In this document: piece after piece, positions 1 to 9,046 of the stretch | How positions within the stretch are numbered: position 1 is the first letter of the stretch | How the letters are laid out: each line of letters begins with the position of its first letter | Source: a virus | Lineage: Duplodnaviria; Caudoviricetes | Reading direction: 5' to 3' (one strand) | Length of the DNA stretch: 64,000 bases | Virus record (IMG/VR): IMGVR_UViG_3300042268_000564 | Notes under the pieces: model-generated | What the model saw: only the letters and a program-made list of their open reading frames with translations | What the model was told of the DNA's origin: nothing | Database searches by the model: none | Program-made: the position numbers and the translations under genes

Positions 1-2074
1 GAATCATAGTTGTTGCCCGTGGCAAATCGCAGTCTTTAAAGTAGTTCCTGCCCTGAGCTTCCAGATATTCTTTCATTGCTTCGTTAAATGGCTCGTCAGG
101 ACGCTCAAAAGGCATCTTTGTGATGATTACACAGGATAGGGCATCACCTTGTATATCAACGCCAACCCAGAAGCTGGACACGCCAAGCAGTATCCCATTT
201 TTTGCTTTACGGAATTTTTGTGTTAATACATTTTTGGGACCATCTTCACCCTGCACGAATACGGGACGACCTTTCGCTTCCATTTCGGCTCTTATATCCT
301 GCGACACCTTTGTCATGGATTGGTAAGAGGTGAACAATACGAATATCCCGCCATCAATATGAGGCTCTATTTCTCTTATTTGTTTCGCAATCTGCTGGTC
401 GAAATCGGGTGCCGATGGAATAGGCATATTCGGCATATACAGTAAGCAATTCTGCAAGTAATTGAATGGCGAGTCAAGAATGCTCTGGTGAGTATCTTTC
501 GCATCCAAATCAACTCCTACAGCTCTTGAGAAATAACTTAGCCCTTCATCCGACGCGAGCGTAGCGGATGTGTAACTTACATAAAGCCCTTTGCAAAACT
601 TCTGAATCATCTCAGCCGTGTTTAAGGGAATAGCCGTCACTGTGACTTTTTTACCATACTTTGTTTGCTTCTGTGAACATTGGGCGAAGTAGCAGGTATC
701 ATTTTTAATGTCGCTTGTGGTTTCGAGCAACCGTTTTTTAAAGCCAGTGAAATGTTTAAAGAAGCCTTCACCTACAGTTTCCAGTTCCTTATTTCCTGCT
801 GCTGTGTGGTGAACTTTAGCTTTGCGGATGTAGTTGATAATGATTCCGAGGTATTTATCCACTTCGCTTCTATCGGCTGGTAAATCAGTTTTGAATCTTT
901 TACTGCTTTTGTTACCAATGAATTTCTGAATTTGAGCAAAGTAAGCCTTTGAGGCTTTTAAAAGTTCATTAACAGTAAGTGTCACTTCTTTTTGTTCTGT
1001 CGCATTAAGAACACTGCCGAGAAAGCCCTTGCTGGATATCTCAGGCAAGAACCTGTCAGCCATATAAGGAACCCAGCTTGATGTTATTTCAGTGCCAAAG
1101 AAATTCGCAGCAACACCCGGAACATGGTCAGCCTCATCAAATACGACGGTCTTAGTTTCAGGCAAGAACCCCTTCCCATTTGCAGCGATAACACTGCGAT
1201 TGGCAAAGAATAAAGCATGATTCACAATACACAAATCTGCATCTGCCCATGCTTTTTGTGCTTTGGCGAAATAACAGCTTTGAAAGTAAGGACATTGCCA
1301 TCTCATACAGTCATCACCGTCAGAACAAACCTTTGCCCACATGCCCGCTATTGCACCTTTGTTTACCTCCACGCCTAGTTCTACGGTGTCGCCGATTTGA
1401 GGGTCGGTAATGTACCAGTCCATAAGAACATCGAAGGCTGCCTTTTCTTCTTTTGTCTTGAGTTTATTGCGCACTTCTTGACGTTTGAGGGCAAGCTGGA
1501 ATGACTCAGGCAGGTCGGCGGCTTCATTCGCCATGTCGGCGAACATATCCACTTCCTCTGCTTTTTTCTTTTTAGATTTACGTTTCTTTTTACTCATTTG
1601 CAGGTCAAGAAAGCGATGCCATCTACGCAGGCAGAGGTAATTTGCACGTCCCTTGCATAAAGCGAAAGAGAAAGATATTTTCAGATATTTTTTAAAGATT
1701 TTTTGCAGTAAGGGCAAGTCTTTCTCAGTGAGCTGTGCCTGTAGATTCTTTGTGGAGGTAGAGATGATTACAGGGGCTTCCATCATCTTGCTGGCAATGA
1801 TTGCAGGGATAGAGTAAGCCATGCTTTTCCCTGAGCCTGTAGGGGCTTCAATGATGGCATTTTGTTTGAGATGCAGCATAACATCTGACAAAAGAGTTGA
1901 CATGATTTCTTGTGCCATGCGTGGCTCATAATTTTTTAATGTCTGTTCGAGATAGCCGTTTGCGCTTAAAATGTCGCTGATAAGCTTTTTAATTACTGCT
2001 GGTTTGTCAATGGCTCCGCTATTGAGACGTTGTGTAACATCCAATGCCTTTTTTGTTTTCTTTTTGGCGTGCAT
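1..2074 (-). CDS. DinG/YoaA-family ATP-dependent DNA helicase (3' end runs off window)
   Basis: Hand translation from ATG 2074 with GAGGAA RBS: YEPRMAQ Q-motif, IEAPTGSGKS Walker A, KGRANYLCLRRW, FDEADH motif II, VLFTSY, FWVGVDIQGDALSCVIITKMPF. Absent from the ORF track because it is truncated. Confidence 0.9.
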   Translation of the reverse strand, partial: MHAKKKTKKALDVTQRLNSGAIDKPAVIKKLISDILSANGYLEQTLKNYEPRMAQEIMSTLLSDVMLHLKQNAIIEAPTGSGKSMAYSIPAIIASKMMEAPVIISTSTKNLQAQLTEKDLPLLQKIFKKYLKISFSFALCKGRANYLCLRRWHRFLDLQMSKKKRKSKKKKAEEVDMFADMANEAADLPESFQLALKRQEVRNKLKTKEEKAAFDVLMDWYITDPQIGDTVELGVEVNKGAIAGMWAKVCSDGDDCMRWQCPYFQSCYFAKAQKAWADADLCIVNHALFFANRSVIAANGKGFLPETKTVVFDEADHVPGVAANFFGTEITSSWVPYMADRFLPEISSKGFLGSVLNATEQKEVTLTVNELLKASKAYFAQIQKFIGNKSSKRFKTDLPADRSEVDKYLGIIINYIRKAKVHHTAAGNKELETVGEGFFKHFTGFKKRLLETTSDIKNDTCYFAQCSQKQTKYGKKVTVTAIPLNTAEMIQKFCKGLYVSYTSATLASDEGLSYFSRAVGVDLDAKDTHQSILDSPFNYLQNCLLYMPNMPIPSAPDFDQQIAKQIREIEPHIDGGIFVLFTSYQSMTKVSQDIRAEMEAKGRPVFVQGEDGPKNVLTQKFRKAKNGILLGVSSFWVGVDIQGDALSCVIITKMPFERPDEPFNEAMKEYLEAQGRNYFKDCDLPRATTMI

Positions 2075-2122
2075 AAGGTTCCTCGTGTCTTTTGGTATAT
2101 CTTTATAATGCCGTGAGAAAAG

Positions 2123-2151
2123 AAATAAGAGGGCGAAAAGCCCCCTTATTT
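2123..2151 (-). terminator. Intrinsic terminator
   Basis: Hairpin followed by a T-run on the minus strand, downstream of 2178..2819. Confidence 0.6.
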
Positions 2152-2177
2152 ACAGAAAAAGATTGAGAGATAGGTGA

Positions 2178-2819
2178 CTACAGGCTGGAAGCCTCTAATT
2201 CGTTTATTTGACGTTGTACAACCTTAGTAATGTCGCAAGTGCCGTCTTCCTGAATGTAGCCTTCATATTTGCCGCCTTCAGCGAAAAGAGCGTCTTTCAG
2301 GAATTCTTTTTCGTCCTCATCGATGTCTGTTCTAGCATAGATGGCTTCTACATCAGCAAGCATTTCAGGGGTAAGTTCAATATCCAGTGAATCAGGCATG
2401 TTGTCTTCATAAGACAGATATTCCTCTACCCAAGCTTTGTTGATTTTGCCTGTTTCGTTGTCGTAAAGCCCGTAGAATTCGCCTTCTTCATCGAACATTC
2501 CCGCCAAGATACGATTGCGTTGCTCTTGTGTCATGTTAGGAAATTCTCTGTTGTATTCTTGCATTCTTTCCTCAATTTTGGCAAGAATAATTGGTGGCGG
2601 TTCTTCCTGTGTAAGGTCTTGCTTATTCATTTCGTCTTCAACTTCGCCACGCATTACAATCAGATTCTGCAAATATCTTGCAGCCCTGTTAATATATTGG
2701 TCAAGCTCATACCTGTAAGCCAGACGCTGGTAAATGGTTGGGTTTTCAATCTGTTGGAATTTTTCAAGGGTGTCAATAAAAGCACGTTTTTCATTAATTA
2801 CATACAAAATGTTACTCAT
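2178..2819 (-). CDS. Hypothetical acidic protein
   Basis: 213 aa ORF with AGAGGA RBS; two similar repeats (GMFDEEGEFYG..YDNETGKIN and ALFAEGGKYEG..IQEDGTCD). Confidence 0.75.
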   Translation of the reverse strand: MSNILYVINEKRAFIDTLEKFQQIENPTIYQRLAYRYELDQYINRAARYLQNLIVMRGEVEDEMNKQDLTQEEPPPIILAKIEERMQEYNREFPNMTQEQRNRILAGMFDEEGEFYGLYDNETGKINKAWVEEYLSYEDNMPDSLDIELTPEMLADVEAIYARTDIDEDEKEFLKDALFAEGGKYEGYIQEDGTCDITKVVQRQINELEASSL

Positions 2820-2840
2820 ATTCTTTGGCTTCCTCTCTGA

Positions 2841-3260
2841 TTAAAATACATCGTCGTCGGCTTTTAAAATTTTGCCTTGACCCTTGCCAATTTTCTTTTG
2901 GAATTTGGCGACTGCGTCTCTGTCAATGGTGTCGTCGGCTTTAACGATGTCTTTAAGCACGCCACTTTCAAAAAGCTTGATAATATCAGCGGCAGTGCTG
3001 ATTTTGTCAGAATCAATCTGTTCATCAATGTAATCAAGAATTACAGGTGGAATTTCAGTTTGAGCGATGCCGTTTTCGTGCATTAATTCGTCCCATTTGG
3101 TAATCATGTTTGCAATGGCAAGCTGGCATTCGTCAATTTTGTCCATTGTATTCACAATTCTGAAGCATTTTTGTTCAAAATCTTCATCTTTCCCAGCCAT
3201 GTCCCTGATAACTTTGATTGAGGAATCAATGCTATCCATATCAATAATGTCAATACTCAT
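2841..3260 (-). CDS. Hypothetical protein, possible distant paralog of 2178..2819
   Basis: 139 aa; QTEIPPVILDYIDEQI resembles TQEEPPPIILAKIEER; promoter upstream. Confidence 0.7.
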   Translation of the reverse strand: MSIDIIDMDSIDSSIKVIRDMAGKDEDFEQKCFRIVNTMDKIDECQLAIANMITKWDELMHENGIAQTEIPPVILDYIDEQIDSDKISTAADIIKLFESGVLKDIVKADDTIDRDAVAKFQKKIGKGQGKILKADDDVF

Positions 3261-3303
3261 ACGCTACCTATCTCCCATGTTAAATTTAAAATTAACTACA
3301 TGT

Positions 3304-3331
3304 ATTATATACAGAGTTTTGCTTTCGTCAA
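3304..3331 (-). promoter_or_regulatory. sigma70-type promoter TTGACG-N16-TATAAT
   Basis: Hexamers read directly on the minus strand. Confidence 0.7.
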
Positions 3332-3334
3332 AAA

Positions 3335-3571
3335 TTATTTCATTTTTTTGAACAAATCTTCTGGCATGTCGTCAGCTCGCTTGTCCCACTGTATTTCCTT
3401 GTAATCGCTAGGAACACCCTGCATAGGCGTATTATTGGGAATCTCGTGCAGGCACATTGCCTTTTTAATCAAATTAATATCCTTTTGTAGGTTATTCAGT
3501 ATGATTGCATTATTGCGTGCCTGCTCGAATGTTAATTCCATCAGCTCTATCAAGCTGTCAATATTGCTCAT
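3335..3571 (-). CDS. Hypothetical protein
   Basis: 78 aa, GGAGG RBS at the end of dnaX. Confidence 0.65.
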   Translation of the reverse strand: MSNIDSLIELMELTFEQARNNAIILNNLQKDINLIKKAMCLHEIPNNTPMQGVPSDYKEIQWDKRADDMPEDLFKKMK

Positions 3572-3573
3572 GT

Positions 3574-4998
3574 TCAGCCTCCGAAAAAGCTTTCACTGCT
3601 TACTGTTTGCGGTTTGTTCTGCGGGAATAATTCAATCCTTGTTCCCAAGTTGTGCTTCTGTAGTGCCGATTTGATTTGTTCCTTGAGCATCTTCAACAGG
3701 TCTTTTTCTGCACCCGACAGTCTTTCACATTGTTCAAGACAAAGTCCGTTCTCATCGGCTGACACTTCAATCTTGTTGAGTATAAAACTGGCTTGTGGTG
3801 GGAGCCATGTTTTTATTTCATCCCAAGTAGCGGCAGCTTTGGTCTGCTCTGGCTGAGGCTGCGCAACAGTTTCTTTGACTATGACTTGTTGAACGGGCTT
3901 TTCTGTTTGCAAGTTTGATACAGAGAGAGCCATTGTTTCCAGTGCAATTCGACCTTTTGCCGAATCAATCAGGTTGCCATATTTGAGAAGCTGTTCCATT
4001 ACAGCAAGGAACCAATCTGTGCTTTTTTTGCTGGATTGTTCTTTCAGCCTCGCATTAGTGCTGTCACCATAATCTAATCCATCGATATAATCAGGTGATG
4101 TAGACGCTACCATGAGAGTGTCGAAGTATCTGAGGATTTCCATATATACAGGCTGTAACATCGCAGAATTATCTACGATATGTCCTATCTGCTGCAAAAT
4201 GGCTGCTGTATTATTGTCGATAATGGCATCAGCTAAAGTGCCTATAGATTCAATTCCGATAGTGCCAAGCACCTTTGAGGCAACAGACAAGGTAATATGA
4301 TTGCCATCCGCTACATTGATAGCAGAGTCAAGCTTTCCAATCGCATCCCTTGCTCCACCTTCACTATTTCTTGCAATCGCCATTGCTGCATCATTGTCTA
4401 ATTCTACATTTTCATTCTTGGCGATATAGAGCAAGCGTTCTGCAAGCTTGCTTGCGGGGATTCTATGGAACTGATGGACCTGAGTTCTTGATACGATAGT
4501 TTCCTTCAACTTGTCAGGCTCTGTAGTGCAAAGAATAAAAACCACATTTGGTGGCGGCTCCTCAAGCGTCTTGAGAAAGGCGTTTTGCGCCTGATTGGTA
4601 AGCATGTGAACTTCGTCCATGATATAGAACTTGGTTCTTACTTGTGAGGGCACAACTGCTGCTGATTCCTGTAAAGCTCTGATGTCATTTACGCCATTCT
4701 TGGTCGCACAGTCTACCTCTACAATGTCGATACATCTATTATCGATGATATCTCTGCAAGACTGACATTCACCGCAAGGTTCAGGGGTAAGTCCTTTATC
4801 GCAGTTGAAAGCCATTGCCAATATGCGTGATGATGTTGTTTTCCCAGAACCACGAGTTCCACACATCAGGAAAGCATGATTTACTCTGCCATTGGCTAAC
4901 CCCTTGGTTAACACGAGAGAAATATGTTCCTGTCCAATTAAATCGGAAAAACTGCGGGGTCTATACTTATTATAAAGTGATTGAATATTGCCTTTCAT
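3574..4998 (-). CDS. dnaX: DNA polymerase III subunit gamma/tau (clamp loader)
   Basis: KYRPRSFSDLIGQEH, GTRGSGKTT Walker A, PCGECQSC Zn module, DEVHML Walker B, NAFLKTLEEPP. Confidence 0.95.
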   Translation of the reverse strand: MKGNIQSLYNKYRPRSFSDLIGQEHISLVLTKGLANGRVNHAFLMCGTRGSGKTTSSRILAMAFNCDKGLTPEPCGECQSCRDIIDNRCIDIVEVDCATKNGVNDIRALQESAAVVPSQVRTKFYIMDEVHMLTNQAQNAFLKTLEEPPPNVVFILCTTEPDKLKETIVSRTQVHQFHRIPASKLAERLLYIAKNENVELDNDAAMAIARNSEGGARDAIGKLDSAINVADGNHITLSVASKVLGTIGIESIGTLADAIIDNNTAAILQQIGHIVDNSAMLQPVYMEILRYFDTLMVASTSPDYIDGLDYGDSTNARLKEQSSKKSTDWFLAVMEQLLKYGNLIDSAKGRIALETMALSVSNLQTEKPVQQVIVKETVAQPQPEQTKAAATWDEIKTWLPPQASFILNKIEVSADENGLCLEQCERLSGAEKDLLKMLKEQIKSALQKHNLGTRIELFPQNKPQTVSSESFFGG

Positions 4999-5000
4999 CT

Positions 5001-5504
5001 TTACTCCTGCTCTTTCGGTTCCGCCACATTACTGATTGTAGCTTCTTTGCTTGTAGCCAAGCCTATAAATGTTCCGCAAGTCGCACCAAAAGCGACACTT
5101 GAAAAAAATAATGATATTATAGTCAGCAAGTTTAACTTCGAGTCAGGTGCTTGCGCCAGCATCGCAAAATTTCCGTTACCTTCTGAAAATGTTATCAAAC
5201 ATATTATACCGTTGCCCAATATTGCATGACTCCAAGTTTCCACTTTTTGAACGATTTCACGACTCGCAGTGGCTTTTATCAGGTCAATAATAACGCCTGT
5301 GTAAAAACACAAAATTAATCCGCACGCTATAGCTGCTTTGCCATTCAACCATGCCAAACTTTTTGCAAGTGTGAGCATAAGGATTGTTGCAGAGAAGTTC
5401 AAGAGATGTCGTCTTAATGGCACATTTTCAGGCAGGTCGGAATAAAAACGCTTTAATTGCCCTACAAAAGTAAGAACAATTAAAGCGTAGCTTATGTATA
5501 GCAT
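5001..5504 (-). CDS. Hypothetical membrane protein
   Basis: Several hydrophobic segments; coupled between tig and dnaX. Confidence 0.65.
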   Translation of the reverse strand: MLYISYALIVLTFVGQLKRFYSDLPENVPLRRHLLNFSATILMLTLAKSLAWLNGKAAIACGLILCFYTGVIIDLIKATASREIVQKVETWSHAILGNGIICLITFSEGNGNFAMLAQAPDSKLNLLTIISLFFSSVAFGATCGTFIGLATSKEATISNVAEPKEQE

Positions 5505-6874
5505 TATTTATCTGCTGTTGCTTCTTGCCCGTCAATGATATCTTCGATACTGTCGGATGTAGATGGGATAGCGTCTACTACTTTGCGATATTTTTCATTG
5601 TTGGTGTCGAACAAAGGTGTAATAAATGATTGCAGGTGCTTGTAAAGAGTGTCATTAATGCAGTTTTGATAAGCCGTCCAGTAAGAGGTATTTTTGTTTG
5701 CCGATTTAAGTTTTTCTTTAACCTGTTCATCAGTTACTTCATCAAGTTCATTCTCGAATCTATTTATAAGAGAGCAGAGCACGATGTCTTGATAAATTCC
5801 TTTGGCAATTCTGTTACTGGTGTTCTGAATCAGTTTTTCTCTGGCTTCTTTTTCCATGCCGAGTAATTGCTGCTGGTATTGCGACAAGAACATGTTAAGA
5901 CGATGGTCAAGCACTACGGGGGTAACTTCCTTGGAGAGAATGGTTTCATTTTCTTCAATAAGTTTTTCAATAAGCTTTTCAACTAAGTAATTTTCGTCTT
6001 TTATTCTTTTTAATTTTTGCTCTTCAACAAGGCTTTCATATAGCTCCTTATAAGAGGCTTTGCCCATCTTTGTTGCAAGTTCTTCATCCGATGGATGCTT
6101 GCGTTCTTTTACTTCATGCAGGGTTACAGTAAATTCTACTTCTGTGCCAGCATGAGCCGCAGCTTGCTTATTGTTGGGCAACAATTCAGCAAGATTTTCT
6201 GGGAGCTTGCAAGTGATTGTTTTAGTCTCGTCTACAGCCATGTCTACCAAGCCTTGTTCAATCTCAGGAATAACAATAGCATGATTTCCTACAACAACCG
6301 TGATTTCTTTGCCACAAAGAGCAGGAATCACAGAATCAGCACCAACTGGCTTGCCGTCAAATGAAAATTTTGCAATATCACCCCACTGGAGCTTGCGGTC
6401 AACAACCAGAAATTCAATATTAGATTGACGTAGGTTATGAAGCTGCTGTCCCACATCATTAACAACTGCTTCTGTAACATCAATACTGTAATCGTCGCTC
6501 ATTGCCAAATCCACGGGCGCAAGCGTGTTCGTAGACACTGTAAAACTGATAGAACCATCAATATTAACTTGAATATTATTCAATGTGTTGGTAGAGGCGA
6601 CTAATACGTTATTTTTTGTGATAAATTCATTCCAGTTTTCAGAAATGACATCACTATAGAGTGCTTCTTTTCCTACCTGATTTTCAATCACTTTTCTTGG
6701 GGCTTTGCCCTGTCTGAAGCCATGAATTTTGACTTGGTTCTGAACTTTTTTAATTGCTTTGTCGGCAGTATTTGGTGCAGTTACAAGCGTAAAAGCCTGT
6801 AAAACAGAATCAATCTCATCCCCTGCATTAGTGGTATATTTGGTAGGGATATTTTTTACATCAACAAGTTCCAT
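5504..6874 (-). CDS. tig: Trigger factor-like chaperone
   Basis: Ribosome-docking signature IHGFRQGKAP, FKBP-like middle domain (GDIAKFSFDG, IPEIEQGLVDM, AGTEVEFTVTLHEVKE), 456 aa. Confidence 0.85.
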   Translation of the reverse strand: MELVDVKNIPTKYTTNAGDEIDSVLQAFTLVTAPNTADKAIKKVQNQVKIHGFRQGKAPRKVIENQVGKEALYSDVISENWNEFITKNNVLVASTNTLNNIQVNIDGSISFTVSTNTLAPVDLAMSDDYSIDVTEAVVNDVGQQLHNLRQSNIEFLVVDRKLQWGDIAKFSFDGKPVGADSVIPALCGKEITVVVGNHAIVIPEIEQGLVDMAVDETKTITCKLPENLAELLPNNKQAAAHAGTEVEFTVTLHEVKERKHPSDEELATKMGKASYKELYESLVEEQKLKRIKDENYLVEKLIEKLIEENETILSKEVTPVVLDHRLNMFLSQYQQQLLGMEKEAREKLIQNTSNRIAKGIYQDIVLCSLINRFENELDEVTDEQVKEKLKSANKNTSYWTAYQNCINDTLYKHLQSFITPLFDTNNEKYRKVVDAIPSTSDSIEDIIDGQEATADK

Positions 6875-6925
6875 TAGTGAAACACTCCTATCGTAAGGTT
6901 ATTTTCAAAGATATGTTTATATTAC

Positions 6926-7492
6926 CTATGCAGCGCACAAAACTTTTATTAAATTTTGTCCTGCTTCTGTGATTGCTTCCTCAGAAAAGAGAGAAATGGC
7001 ATCGCCGACTTTAATAAGGTCGATTACGTCGGGGGTTTCTTTACGAATGAATTTTACTCTCAGTCCGAAAGCCATATTGTTATCACCGCCGAGCACACAG
7101 GTCACTCTCGCTGCCATTTGGTCTGCTATGTCATGAATCATTGCAGCAAAGTTTTTTGGGATATACCCTGCCTGTGTTCCGTCAAGCATTTTTACCGCTA
7201 CAGCATTGGGGTCATATTGATTGTCTGGCTCTGGTTGTAATTCAAGGATGTCACCTTCTTGAATCGTTTTAAGAACGTCTTGACGACCTTCAAAGGTTAC
7301 ACCCACGATTTTATGTTCTTGTCCACCAAGCACGAGTGCCCTGATACGTTCCTGATTGATTTCATCCTGTGGAACAGAGTTAGGTGTTACTTGTTCCAGT
7401 ATCTTCTCTATTAAGAGGTATTGGTCAACGTTTATATTTGTTACGTTTTTTATAATTGTGTGAACTTCTTCTACGGTAAGAGGAACCCGCAT
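6926..7492 (-). CDS. HIRAN domain protein
   Basis: IVGVTFEGRQ, LQPEPDNQYDPNAVAV, GYIPK; start moved to MRVPL behind AGGAG RBS. Confidence 0.85.
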   Translation of the reverse strand: MRVPLTVEEVHTIIKNVTNINVDQYLLIEKILEQVTPNSVPQDEINQERIRALVLGGQEHKIVGVTFEGRQDVLKTIQEGDILELQPEPDNQYDPNAVAVKMLDGTQAGYIPKNFAAMIHDIADQMAARVTCVLGGDNNMAFGLRVKFIRKETPDVIDLIKVGDAISLFSEEAITEAGQNLIKVLCAA

Positions 7493-7658
7493 TTTTCTTT
7501 CTCCTGTATTTTTGAGATTTATTTTGCCAAGCAATAAAAAAGACAATGGCAAGAAATAATATCCATTTAGTAAAATCATGCCATTCAGTCCCTTGAGCTT
7601 GCCATGTTAGCGAAACAAGGAAAATAAAAACGATTGTAGTTATTAGCCCTTCTAACAT
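7425..7658 (-). CDS. Small two-TM membrane protein with basic tail (probably leaderless)
   Basis: ATG lies 6 nt after the TATAAT at 7665-7670. Confidence 0.65.
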   Translation of the reverse strand: MLEGLITTIVFIFLVSLTWQAQGTEWHDFTKWILFLAIVFFIAWQNKSQKYRRKKNAGSSYRRRSSHNYKKRNKYKR

Positions 7659-7664
7659 ATTGGT

Positions 7665-7692
7665 ATTATATGAGGTAAGATACCAATGTCAA
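7665..7692 (-). promoter_or_regulatory. Promoter TTGACA-N16-TATAAT
   Basis: Perfect hexamers. Confidence 0.8.
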
Positions 7693-7702
7693 TGAGAAAA
7701 AA

Positions 7703-8161
7703 ATGATTGTATTAACCTCTTTCAGAAAAGCGAAACATTATCAAGGGCAAAAGTTTTCTATTGCAAGATTTCAACCTGCGGGGTTTGCATACCCTGAATT
7801 AGACTTCCTCGCTGCAACGGACGAGCATGGTGACAAGTTATTGTTAAGTCAGTTTAATAATCCCCTGCCAGATTATGAGCAAGCTCTGGCAAAAGGATAT
7901 AAGCAAAGATGGGCTAAGATAAAAGCATGGCTGGAATCTTTGACAGAGAAGGAAACAATTGTGTTATGTTGTTGGTGTCCTTATAGCCAATCTACAAAAA
8001 ATCAAATACGAGATTTCGGCAGTTTTTGCTGCCACAGTGGCATCATAGGCCAGATGGTGAATAAATACCGTCCTGATATTTCTATATTGATGGACGAAGA
8101 TAGAAAATATAAATTGGTAGAACGGTGGAAACCGATATACATAGAAGATGAAATTTTGTAA
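7703..8161 (+). CDS. DUF488-like protein
   Basis: SIARFQP near the N-terminus, IVLCCW, FCCH pattern. Confidence 0.5.
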   Translation: MIVLTSFRKAKHYQGQKFSIARFQPAGFAYPELDFLAATDEHGDKLLLSQFNNPLPDYEQALAKGYKQRWAKIKAWLESLTEKETIVLCCWCPYSQSTKNQIRDFGSFCCHSGIIGQMVNKYRPDISILMDEDRKYKLVERWKPIYIEDEIL

Positions 8162-8181
8162 CAGGAGAATTGTAAGTTCAA

Positions 8182-8499
8182 ATGAGCAGTGCAAGGCTGT
8201 ATCTAAATGGTAGTGACGATTTCGACGGTGGTTCAGTAGTAAGATTCAAAAACAATAAAGGCTCCAAAAAGCCAATGATTGAAAAGCCAACAATTCACAT
8301 TAAAGGCACACACGAAACGCCTGATGAATTGGGCAAGGATATTTTTAAGGCTTTAAAAAAAGAGGGCTTTAAACAGCAGGCTCAAAATTTCAGACAAGAT
8401 GTGAATCGGTTATTGGAAACAAATGAAAATGCAACAGATTCTGACGTAATGCAGGTGGCTTACAAGCACTGTATATGCCATGTTGTGAGACATTCCTGA
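8182..8499 (+). CDS. Hypothetical protein
   Basis: 105 aa, AGGAG upstream. Confidence 0.65.
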   Translation: MSSARLYLNGSDDFDGGSVVRFKNNKGSKKPMIEKPTIHIKGTHETPDELGKDIFKALKKEGFKQQAQNFRQDVNRLLETNENATDSDVMQVAYKHCICHVVRHS

Positions 8500-8665
8500 G
8501 TTCTAAAAAAGTCCAAAAATAATACTTTTTTGGCAAAAATTGGATAAATAATAAGGTGTGGCTTTTTTGCCACACTTTGTGCTGTACATTTGGAAAGTAT
8601 TTAATATAATAAACTTAGGATGTGCATAATGTTGTAGGCACTTACAAACAAGTTCTTGGAGGGGA

Positions 8666-8986
8666 TTGATTATGTGGATAGGATTTTTAAAAACTTATCA
8701 TATCCGTCAGACCTTTCCTGAAGTGTCTTCTCACAAATTTTTAAATAAACGTGCAGCCTATAAATGGTTCAGTAATACACAGACATTGATTGCAGGGAAA
8801 ATTGCGAAAATTATTAAGGTGCTTTATGAGGTGCCGGATGATTTGGTATTGCCAGATGATGTGATTCTTTCTTTGCCATTGCCAGTTCATAAAGAACATC
8901 TTTATGAGACATTTTTCTCTATTCATGCTGTAAATAAAAAATATGTTGTATTAGAACCGCCAAGTTCTTACAAAAAAAGTAAATAA
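8666..8986 (+). CDS. Hypothetical protein
   Basis: 106 aa, GGAGG upstream. Confidence 0.6.
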   Translation: MIMWIGFLKTYHIRQTFPEVSSHKFLNKRAAYKWFSNTQTLIAGKIAKIIKVLYEVPDDLVLPDDVILSLPLPVHKEHLYETFFSIHAVNKKYVVLEPPSSYKKSK

Positions 8987-9028
8987 TTGACAAGTCCACT
9001 TCTGCTTATATAATACGTAAGCAGAAGT
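8987..9028 (+). promoter_or_regulatory. Promoter TTGACA-N16-TATAAT with an 11-bp inverted repeat around the -10 box
   Basis: TTGACA 8987, TATAAT 9009; ACTTCTGCTTA 8998-9008 and TAAGCAGAAGT 9018-9028. Confidence 0.75.
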
Positions 9029-9046
9029 TATTTTTTAAAAGGACAT

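Noticed and set aside
120-883. Plus-strand ORFs 120..326 and 680..883
   Set aside because: Antisense shadows of the DinG gene; most other short overlapping antisense ORFs in the track were dropped for the same reason.
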